A stretch of DNA of 62,247 bases, counting the filler, from Choristocarpus tenellus KU-1152 (taxonomy: Eukaryota > Protista > Phaeophyceae): NCBI GenBank assembly GCA_964200185.2. It is 10 parts of 10 records of this genome, joined end to end, with 100 filler letters (N's around TTAATTAATTAA, not from the genome) between each part and the next. Parts side by side here need not be neighbours in the genome. Positions count along the whole stretch, not along the records: positions 49,347 to 52,536 come from CAXNAD020021663.1; positions 52,637 to 58,085 come from CAXNAD020010737.1; positions 58,186 to 62,247 come from CAXNAD020016415.1; 7 more parts are not named here. One strand, written 5' to 3'. Positions within the stretch are counted from its first letter, which is position 1. Every line of letters begins with the position of its first letter. A model generated the notes under the pieces. That model saw only the letters and a list, made by a program, of their open reading frames with translations, had not been told where the DNA came from and searched no databases. This document shows positions 52,341-62,247 of the stretch, piece after piece. Both the position numbers and the translations under genes were made by a program.

Positions 52341-52536
52341 TTATTATTATGCCCTCTGACATTTTGCAGATGTGTCAGGGGGGAAGTCAATGAAAACTAT
52401 ATATATGTAAGTGGCATTGTCTCGACATGTCATGCGTTTTAAGCTGGAGTCACCAAGGAGATGGACACGGAGGGGTCTGTTGGATTCTTGGGATGCTTCC
52501 CTAGCTCCCCCCCCCGGGGCACAGGAGTAGTAGATG
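52341..52536 (-). mobile_element. CRE-like element copy with 5' inversion
   Basis: 52341-52410 is colinear with 48760-48828; 52409-52536 is the reverse complement of about 48951-49080. Confidence 0.85.
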
Positions 52537-52636
52537 NNNNNNNNNNNNNNNNNNNNNNNNNNNNNNNNNNNNNNNNNNNNTTAATTAATTAANNNNNNNN
52601 NNNNNNNNNNNNNNNNNNNNNNNNNNNNNNNNNNNN

Positions 52637-52709
52637 TCCAAAAATTGCGACATGAAAAAATTGACCCCAAATGGACAGCTGCCACCCCCCACCCCAGCTA
52701 CTTTGAGCC
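52637..52709 (-). mobile_element. MITE family C, short-spacer end at contig start
   Basis: Near-identical to 13932-13998. Confidence 0.85.
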
Positions 52710-55423
52710 ATTGTCCAATCCAGTCTCTCGTCTCGATATCGCTCCCATATGCACTGTCATCGTAAATTTCTTACTCGTGTGTTGTGTTCTTGCACGGATA
52801 GGACATACCACTTTCCCTGGAATCTGACCAACCTTTCCGTCCTTAGCCTGCCTCTGAACACCACGCCAGCACCGTGGGGGGGTAGTTGGCCAGATGCCTG
52901 GGTATGGCATCATATCTGTTTGCTGGAACTCACGGCAGGTGCCCCCTTCTCCTAGCTCATATCTGCAACGGCTGGCTCTCCTTCTCCTATCAACCTCACC
53001 TATCAACTGCCGCGATTCCAACCTTCCACCACCCATCCCATCCTCAAGGATAGCAAATACATCTACCAGCAGACTATCGTCCCCTTCCATCCCTCTATTC
53101 CTACCCCACCACACATATTGAGCACAAGGGAGTTGGGGAAATGAGGAAATAAGGAATGCCCAAGTGTTGCAAGCTCAGTGGACAGACTCCTGAAACTACA
53201 TGTTCACAAATTGTTGTATCATAATGGCATATTGGGACGAATTTGGTAGGGGATATGGCAAGGTGGTTGTAACCTGGTGTGATACACACATGCAAGCATA
53301 GACAACTATGCACATACTAGTGTAGACTATAGTGCACACATTAGTGTGGACAACACTACACATAGAGGTGCAGTCAATCTCAATACTATAGGTATTTGAC
53401 ACTTGTGCATGGGCTGTACCCCCATCGGTGTTTGAAATGACTCATGAGCGAAGTACAGCTGCAGAAAGTCGGAACTTGCAACGAAGTCTTTGGTCCCATG
53501 AATTGGGGATGATGTAGGCATGGGAGTTGTGGTCTAGCATAGGTCTTGGGGTGTAGTTAGTATCAAAGAAGTCGCACCAGATTTGATGTGGTGGTTGCTC
53601 AAGGATCAGATAGGTCTCTACAGGTGAGGTTGCCAATTTGAATCTGGGCTCGGCCTTAGATCCTGCTCAAAATTCATGGGGATTTGTCGGATATGACCCA
53701 GGAGGAAGAAGAGGAAGAAGAAGAAATTGTTATGGGACCAGCGTGGGGAGCAAGTGAGCTCTGGTGAGCTCCCAGAGCGGATAAGTATGACGACAAGGTG
53801 GGGATGGTGAACTGCTTACTTCTAAGTATATACTCCAGAGTAGTTCACCAAAAAAATATGCACTTCATGACACAAACTTCTTGTGCATGAAAGGGAGTGG
53901 TTGTGTGTTTGTGCTTGTATCTGTTCGTCTGTGTAGTGTGAGGGGCTGGTTCGGATCTGAAGAGTGTGCCCAGAATTACATTACAGGTCTAGCTTAGGTA
54001 CTGAGGTGACGATTTTCAGATCAGTATTTCGCATTCTTACACAAGTCCGAATCTAGCATCTAGTCAAAGGACAGGTCATGGATTCACCGAGAAGAACTCA
54101 AGAATGTTATCTCTTTTGTCATGAGGCAGGTGAGGCAATAGGGTACTGCCGATAAATATGACAAGGGAGTGCTCCTTCTGTCCCTAGGCAGCAATCCTTC
54201 TTCAATATTTTGCCACAAGGCTCAACATGGCATGTGGAACCCTATCCATGAGAGTCCCGCCAGTGCCCCTTGATATAGGACTAGCTCTATGCGATTATTG
54301 TGCCCAACCGATCTCTCTATGGAGGAAAAATGAGATCCCAGTCTATACCCTCTATCTACACTACAGCTCCAGTTGGTCCTACGCAAAACCAACCCAGCCC
54401 TAAGCCTAAATCCACCATGACTAGTAATCTTCCTCCTTAGTTGGAGTGACACCTACACGAACAATAGTCACAATCATAATCATAATCATAGTAATGCAAG
54501 AATGAGGGATTATCTTACTAGGAAAAGCAGTACTTACCCTGTCAACGGAAAGTTGCCTATGGGCATACCTTGAGACAATCGGAATGACTCTTTCCCCTCA
54601 CCCTAACCCTGTATCTTGCGAAAAAATATAATACTATTATAATAAGTGTTACTGACCTTGACATCACCGATACTCACACACACACAACCATGGGGACCAT
54701 GCGCCAGTGTGATCATAATTCATGGATTAATGATATATTAAATGACGAGAAAGGACAACAAACATGAAACGTAATAAAAAGTAGTGAAGATGCATCGATC
54801 TTGACGCATCACCAATTTTCTTATTGTTGTGTTCTTTTCGGGGGTTTGCTTGTTACCGTTCAATGTTTTCTTGACGTGCCATATGTGTAAACCATTCCCA
54901 GATTGAGGAATCCTCCTGCCTTTTGTTCTTTTCTGGTCTATTGAAGTCAAGCGCACACATTAGTAAAGCGCGGGCGGAAAAAGTCTGCTCCTCGCGCATC
55001 TGGACTTATCTACGTGTAAGTAAGAGCATGACCCAATTCACTGAAAAAACGCGTAAGAAAGAATGGTGATATCATGAAGTCATGCCATTGCTAACTTCTT
55101 TGTATGCAAAAACACACACACACAAACATATACACAAACATATACACGCACCATGTGCCAGGCCTACTAAAGACCAGGTCCTTGGTTGCCTCGGAGACAG
55201 CAGCAGGCAGTTTAGCCTGAAGGTGTGTGGGTGTTCTGTCCTCTATGTCTTCCCTCCTGAGTCTTGCAGGTCATAAAGAGTAAACAAAGCAGCAGGGTCG
55301 TGCGATTAAATTATCTATACAACACTATCTCTGCACTAACATTCTCATATTGGAGATATGCCTTGCATAATACTTTCAAACATCAAATAAGTGCTTTGAC
55401 AACGTTGCAATATTGGCAGGAAA

Positions 55424-55681
55424 GAGTGAAAGTATCTTAGAGGGTACGAGTTTTGCCCTGTTTGTCCATTAGGGGCTTGGCTTCCCTCGAGGTTTTTATG
55501 ACATTTTCCCACTCCAAAACAATTTCGGAGTAGGTAAAATGTAAACGTTATGAAAAGGTGCGTCCAGAAAAGGATATTGACACTTCCTTACAAACACGAC
55601 AGCCAAAATTACATCGAAATTGCAACATTGAATTTTGACCCCCAAATGGACGCGGCTCTACCCTCTTAGATACTTTGGCTT
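55424..55681 (-). mobile_element. MITE family A, full length, reverse orientation, TSD GAAA
   Basis: GAGTGAAAGTATCT...AGATACTTTGGCTT; GAAA at 55420-55423 and 55682-55685. Confidence 0.95.
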
Positions 55682-55730
55682 GAAAACGTGGGCTTGGTAC
55701 CTTGTGTGAGTCTGTGAGCATGGGAAATAG

Positions 55731-56006
55731 GAACCTGGAGTATCTTAGAAGGTGGTTCAGGCGTCCATTGGGGGCCTGTATGACCCTGTTGAGACTTCCA
55801 TGACATATGAGTAAATACGTCAGATGTAAGCTAAGTTTTCTTTATCTGAACGCACTGTCCTTTTCCACTCCCCAGTCTGAACCAAGTAAGTTTGAAAGAA
55901 AATCAATTGTAAAAAGGGCATCAAACTGGGGTATCTCACAACACCTCATCAAGCCCCGAGTGGACAATCTGGGACAAACATCCCCCCCTCTAGGATACTA
56001 AGATCC
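55731..56006 (+). mobile_element. MITE family D (old, distinct interior, same end design)
   Basis: GAGTATCT-17 bp-GTCCATTGG at left; TGGAC-27 bp-GGATACTAAGATCC at right. Confidence 0.65.
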
Positions 56007-56196
56007 ATATCCAACTCCAGACCACCCAGGTGGTCACAACCTTTTGGGCTGCCTAGAAGAATACTCTTCTTGCCTGTGGTGTAATTTGAGCTAGGGTTAG
56101 GGTTATTTTTAAAGAAATATGTTGGGGTCAGTTCTGTTTGCTTCAATACATGTGAAGTGCAACAGGGGCCATTACTACTACTACTAATACTACTAC

Positions 56197-56239
56197 TCCT
56201 ATCCCTATCCCTAACCCTAACCCTAACCCTAACCCTATC
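56197..56239. repeat. Interstitial telomere-type repeat (CCCTAA/CCCTAT)n; shorter tracts at 36119-36136 and, inverted, 56092-56105
   Basis: Directly visible. Confidence 0.85.
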
Positions 56240-58015
56240 ACCAACCTGCATAGAGTTTAGCGACCCTCATTGTCACAACCTGTTCTACACTGTGTCCCTT
56301 GCCGGTCTCACCACCAGCATGATACGCTTTGACAACCTCCATAGATCAATATATTCCCTGTCTCTATCCCAACACCCACAACCCTATCCCTAATCCTGGT
56401 TTATCTTCCTTTGGGATGGTAACTTCAGCTTCACTGCGATAACTTGTAGTCACCCTACTGTTTCATAGTACCGAAGTATGTGCTGTGTAAATGTATGCAC
56501 TCCTTTGAAGGAAAAAAACAACTGGGATATATCCCTATCAATGCTGTGGAGAACCGCCTCCTCTTCCACACATGTATGTGGTACGAATGGATGTGCTCCA
56601 AGTGACCAGGGCTACAAACTCCACTATGTATGCAAAATATGCACAAGCACGTAGAGCTGCACGTCCTTGTCAGTAGTGGGTGTTAAGACTAAGTATCAAA
56701 ATACTCAATGCAAATGATACAATGGCGGGCTAGCTGTTGTAGGTGCTGTGACATACTTCAATTTGAAAAACTACTGTGTTCACCAGCAGATGATACAACT
56801 AAAATCACTTTAATCAACCGTTGCTTGCCTGGAGCGCTCAGAAGAGAGTGCTTGCGTGCTATTTTCCATTGCCTCCATGCAAGCCTTATAATCTGCTGCC
56901 TTGACCTTGTCATCTCAGAAAAAAAAGACATAATAAACTAACATTTGAATCGAATGTGATCATTAATTATAGTGGCATGACCAGGCAGGGCGGAGAAGAC
57001 AAATCAAAACAACCTGAATTTAGGCAACCCAAAAGAAGAGAACAACCAACAGCAACTTGGGCAAGCAGTATTTAGTTTTTGTAAACTACTCTTGATGTAA
57101 GAAGTAGACCTGGTCATCTAAAAAGGTAGTATACCTGTGTTTGCATACATGTTTTTCTTGTTAATAGCATATATACTCCATGCATGGCAAGGCTAGTGTT
57201 TCGCAGTAGCAAGCCAAACCGTGCCCATCTATCTGTCCAGTACTATATCATTGCACATCCTTGAAACTACTATCCAGAGAACTTCCAAGGAAAATCCTGT
57301 CAAACGTCCGAATAATGTTACATTCATGTCACCATACATCAAGAAAACTTTAGCAAGGACCTGAGACACCTCCATTGTATGTAAAACCAGAGAGTGTTTA
57401 CAATATCAAAAAAAAAAAGGAAGACCGTTACAAGACTGACCCAAACTGTTGTGTTTCATGGCAAATCTAGGTTGAGGTTGGTTGGATGACTCACAGCTGT
57501 TCTACCAAAGAATAAAAGAAAAATGTATCCATTGTAACTTGGTGAGGTCGCGTCTGATATTGGTACTTCTACTAATGTTGACATTTGAAGGGGGGACAGG
57601 CTACTTTATCATAGGGAAGAGAGATTGGAGGGCAAGCACGTCATACTGGTGGGTCAATGTAAAGAAAACATATGGGAAATTTGTTCTTGATTTATTTACT
57701 GGTGTGTATTTTAAAGTCTATATATATAGTCTATATATACAGTCTATACATTCAGTCTATATATACACATTGGCCTGCACCTCACTCAACCTTCATGTGG
57801 GTTAACATGGATTGAAGAGTCTCAAAGGATGGATGATCGCTGCAGATGGACAAATAATATACAACCTGTCTGATTACTCGTGGAAAGGGTTTGCAGGTAA
57901 GGGATAAGGCACAACAATAAGAAAGAGTGTTCCCCAAGGCGCTCTGGGGTGGTCTAGACTTGCTCTGGAACGCGTAATTATGATCTTGACTCAGGCAGAA
58001 AAAAAAGAATATGCT

Positions 58016-58085
58016 GGGTCAAAGTATCTTGGGGGGGGGTGTCGGCGTCCGTTTTTCACCCTTTTTCGATTTTCACTTTTTTGGT
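58016..58085 (+). mobile_element. MITE family B, short-spacer end truncated at contig end
   Basis: GGGTCAAAGTATCT-17 bp-GTCCGTTTT. Confidence 0.88.
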
Positions 58086-60358
58086 NNNNNNNNNNNNNNN
58101 NNNNNNNNNNNNNNNNNNNNNNNNNNNNNTTAATTAATTAANNNNNNNNNNNNNNNNNNNNNNNNNNNNNNNNNNNNNNNNNNNNCGTACCTTCTATTTC
58201 CCCCCCCCTCCCCCCCCTACACTTTGCTATTCTGTACAAAACTGTGGAAAAACTGGAACTAGATGGCCAGAATCATGACGACAGATGCTGAGGTGAGTAG
58301 TGAAGAAGAGCACGTTTTTTGTTTTCGAAATATCGTAAGTTTTTGGGGGGGACCGGATTGTGGACAAATTGGAGATTTGCCGTCTTCGACCAAGTCGGAA
58401 ATTGGGACTCAGCGAAAGCTAAACCCTGAAATTTCAGCTCCACATAATGTACCTTCCGCGGTCTCTTTTTTGTCATACGGCATTGCTGACCAAATTGTAA
58501 TACCTATGCGTATGTAAAACTGAATCCAAAGGATAAGAAGGCCTGGTTAAACTGATGGAACAACCTAACAACGCCACCCACTGGAGTCTACAGAGGATGG
58601 TCGACTTGGAAACTCAGGTGGGGAACTGAGTTCTTTGACAGGGGGTGTGAAAATGGGTCTCTTCGCCCAGATACAAACCAAGAAACACAGGCACATTATG
58701 CCCATGATTTCAGAAGGCGTATGCATCATATGAAACACCACCAACATGCAGCTATTGAGAGGTTGGATTTTTTTTTAATTACTGTAAATATTACTAGATG
58801 TTACCTTGAACGTGGGCATGATCCATACACAAATTAAATTGGTACTACGTCTTGTGCACTACTGAGTAGGTAACACCAGTGAGTGAGCCAAAACCAATTG
58901 AGAGGTAGGCAGGGTTAAATTTTAAGGATCCCAAGAAAGGACAAAAATAAGCCATGTTGTACAAATATAGAAAGACCATTTGCTGTATTGTGACGTGACT
59001 TTTATGTATGGAAAATAGGAATATCAAGTTTGTGCACACTATTATTGTGGACATCAACCAATGAAATAGAGTGCATTGCAGGGGTAACAAATACGACCTA
59101 CAATACAAAAAGGATTCAACTTGCCTACTCTCAATTGCTTTGACTCACTGGCAGATTTTGGAAGAGGCGGAGTGATTTGGAGATGGATGTAACAGGGCAA
59201 CTTACAACAAGTTTAAATTTACTTCTTAACTTCATAGTGCCCTTTTGGCTCCCTTTCACTTGACCCTTGAAATCCAAACAAAGACACTGTTCCAGATGGA
59301 TAACCTCCAAAAGGTATCAACTAACTTCCCACAAAAAAGTGATACCTGGTGGGATCTCCACATGATCAAGGATTTATGTTGGGGCGAAGAGATTATAGGC
59401 AATCACAGTTCTAGGTTCCGTTATCCTCAGGAGCTGCGATTGCTATGTTTAGCTGTGGCAGCTGTTGCTGTCCCAGCAAATATACATCGAGGAGTGATGA
59501 ACCTCAAGAATGTGATCAACAGTTTTTCTTTTAGATCCGAGAAAATTAAACAATGTATTAATGGAGGGATTCAATCGAATGCAAAACTCTACAAATCAAG
59601 AGTTACAAACTGCAACATTGCACTCAACTGCAACAAAAAGCAGTGTAGAGTAGGAACATAAGGAAAGACTATGACCTAGTGAGAGCTCACTCGGACCTTG
59701 GTCACAAGGTCTGGAGACTATACAACCCACCCAAAAATATGAAGCACCCTCTACAATTGCCCACAATACACTCAAGCTGTCCTTCCCTTCCCGATTCTTT
59801 CTTCAACTACAAGGAAAGGCAATTATCCAACCAATCTTTCATGTAGGTCACAAATAAACGTAGAGCAAGTGCTGATACGTCATTTACACTTATCTATGCA
59901 CCAGGATACAATCATTTGCGCAGATTACAGAAAGCGTTCAAGCTCTTTCAGGAGTACGCCAATGTGAAGGTCTAACCCAACCTACCAGTAGTTGGATGGT
60001 AATAACGTCACCCTCCAAAGCTTTATGTCTTGAATCCAACACAAGGTTACTAGTGTGACAACTACATCAATAATAACAAGAGCAGAGGGTGCTCAGGTTG
60101 TCTTTTTAGGGTTGTCAAGAATTAAAAAATTACGTCCACCTCTTGAGAAATGGAGGATACAACAGGGGTTGGTAACTTGAGGCTCTGTCACCCTCTCCAT
60201 TGTAGGACAGTTCCTAAACAACTGTTGTCAAGTTCCGGTTGTTATTTTTCCCCCTGGTGCCACACTACATTATCCTTGAGCATTACTCCCACAAGGTTAC
60301 CCATTTTCATATACAGTTTTATCCAAATGGCTAAGGATTCGCTGGCGATGCTTGTACT

Positions 60359-61922
60359 TTACACCAACTCCTTACCCAGCCACCAAGCCTCGAACTCTAT
60401 GAAGTCAATCTGCCCATTGCGGTTCTTGTCAAGCATTAGTATCGTCGTTTCAAGTTCGCCTTGGCTCATTTCAGTCCCCAGGTCCTGTTGGGCAGGAAAG
60501 AAGAGTGGTCAGTTTTTTGGGCCACTTAAGCAGAGGATCGAGAAATACTTTTGTGTGATCGAGGTGGTTTGGTTGTACCAGGTTTATCCCTACTTATAGG
60601 GAAGAGGAAGATGAGGAAATGCAATTTCAAGTTTCAGGGTCGGTTACAACACTACAACATTATATCAGGTCCGGCGCCATTTCAGCAACCTGTGCAGGCA
60701 AAAACATATCTATTTCGTTTTCAGGACAGGAACACCTATCCTTATTTCAACAAGTTATTATTAAATATGTCTATCACAGAGTGTGGAAATTAGTATATAA
60801 CCCACCAAGACATGAAAGGCATCCTATGAATGCCAATAACCACCTCCACACACCAAAGAAACAGAGTCAATGCCCAAAGTGCGGTAAGGGACACACATGA
60901 TGACATATGCACACAGCAAACAACTCTGGGCCTTACAAACAATTGAAGAGTTATCCAACTGAAACTCTCCTGAAAGGTCCTACTCTGAGCATTTCATAAT
61001 TCACAACATGGGCCATGCAACACCCAACCACACACCTGGCAAAGCCTGCCAAGCTCCATGCTGTCAATGGCTGAAGGGAACATTAACACACAACAAAACC
61101 AGATGCAAGACGGCAACAGAAAGGACATGCAGGAACAGTTCAAATAGTTGTGCAAAGCGATATGACACACAAAAAAACGCAGCAGGTGTGCATCTCCTCC
61201 GTACTCCAGTATAGTGCAACTTGAAAGCAACATGTAACCACGAGAATGCTTGGAATATCGTCAACGAGCATCAACATGAAGTATTTAAGGCCTGGTCTGA
61301 ACACATATATAGACGGATGCATGGTGATGTGGGTATGGGTTCTACCTCTACACATGACAAACTGAGTACATTCACAATGAAAGCATTTGAGAGAGAGGGC
61401 TATTTGCATGTTAACCACCTGGCAATGATATCAAAGGCACAAAACAATAGTAATTTTCGAGTCAACAAGGTGTGAGAGCAAACTAGAAGTCGTTCTTGTT
61501 ATTGCCTCAAAACATCCTACTTTACCTCATGTCAATACCACCAGTTCACACCTATAGAAGATACATCTCATCAGACACCATGTTGCCACACTAGGGTCCT
61601 TCATCTACATAACTATCACCAAATAAATGCAAGTTGCAACCAAATGGCTTATCCCCTCTTTAAGGAGGGCAGCATGGAACTTTGGCACAATATGGACTGC
61701 TGCAACTGGGCACAGTTGAAACCAGAAAAAGATCCAATGCCTCAAATGTCAGTAACGTAATGACACCCAGAAGAAAGATCTTAGTTACACCTGGGTTAGT
61801 CATACCTTCATTTTTGTTTGCGTCATACTTTTCAAAAATACTCTTGAGTGCTGATGTGTCTTTGATCTGTTCCTTGATGACACTGAGTTTGGCGATGGCA
61901 TTGCGCCCATAGTAAATCATAC
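60359..61922 (-). CDS. EF-hand pair protein, 3' part; exons 61922-61806, 61070-61036, 60484-60359
   Basis: In-frame join gives FEKYDANKNEAIDSMELGRLCQDLGTEMSQGELETTILMLDKNRNGQIDFIEFEAWWLGKELV*, i.e. two EF-hand loops. Confidence 0.85.
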
Positions 61923-62153
61923 CTGAAAAAAACAAAATTAGGTACGGTTTGGGTTGCAAAAGCAATGACAGTAGAGTGATCTCCAGATTGAGGGGAACCC
62001 AAAACGGGCACGGAGAGTACTTACTCTTTGAGTGGGACAAGCTGTTAGAGGGATAGTCATCAGGATTTAAAGGGCTCTTTTGGGACCCCACAGACAAAAA
62101 AAAAATGAAGATTGTGCAGAAGCCAAACCAGAACAGACACACTAAGGTGTTAA

Positions 62154-62247
62154 GAGTCAAAGTATCTGGGGGGGGGGGGGTTGTGAGGGGACGTCCGTTT
62201 CGGTCAAACAACTCTTTGTTTTGTTGACATTTCAAATCCGACACATG
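62154..62247 (-). mobile_element. MITE family B, long-spacer end (truncated by window end)
   Basis: GAGTCAAAGTATCT-25 bp-GTCCGTTT; interior is the reverse complement of 34650-34739. Confidence 0.88.

Noticed and set aside
51240-53120. Possible gypsy or tyrosine-recombinase fragments
   Set aside because: Only isolated short motifs such as VHLDRVRTY; no coherent domain, and the span crosses a linker
60-62244. Most short ORFs in the supplied six-frame track
   Set aside because: Intronic, antisense or microsatellite-derived reading frames in spliced eukaryotic DNA with no recognisable motifs

Overview
Eukaryotic genomic DNA, most likely from a brown alga or close stramenopile relative (inferred from the LRR N-cap style, the RTE/DIRS/CRE elements and TTAGGG-type repeats). 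The window is ten short contigs joined by artificial 100-bp linkers (N44-TTAATTAATTAA-N44), so adjacency across linkers is not biological. Spliced genes reconstructed with frame-consistent GT-AG junctions: the C-terminal half of a FadE-type acyl-CoA dehydrogenase, a single-pass TSP1 membrane protein, a 7-exon LRR / ZU5-like (HF|T) protein, a PDZ protein and an EF-hand protein. The rest is largely decayed mobile DNA (Ty3/gypsy, Ty1/copia, DIRS-like, RTE, CRE-like). Two observations stand out. (1) About 18 copies or ends of four MITE families with different interiors share one end design: a terminal 14-mer (G-R-N-T-C/G-AAAGTATCT, most often GRGTCAAAGTATCT), a spacer, then GTCCRTTT. The spacer is mostly 16-17 bp at one end and 25-27 bp at the other, about one helical turn apart and reminiscent of the 12/23 rule; TSDs are 4 bp (Sola2-like). 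(2) A PIDD/FIIND-like LRR-ZU5 autoproteolytic receptor candidate built from symmetric phase-1 exons, with exon duplication and these MITEs in its introns.
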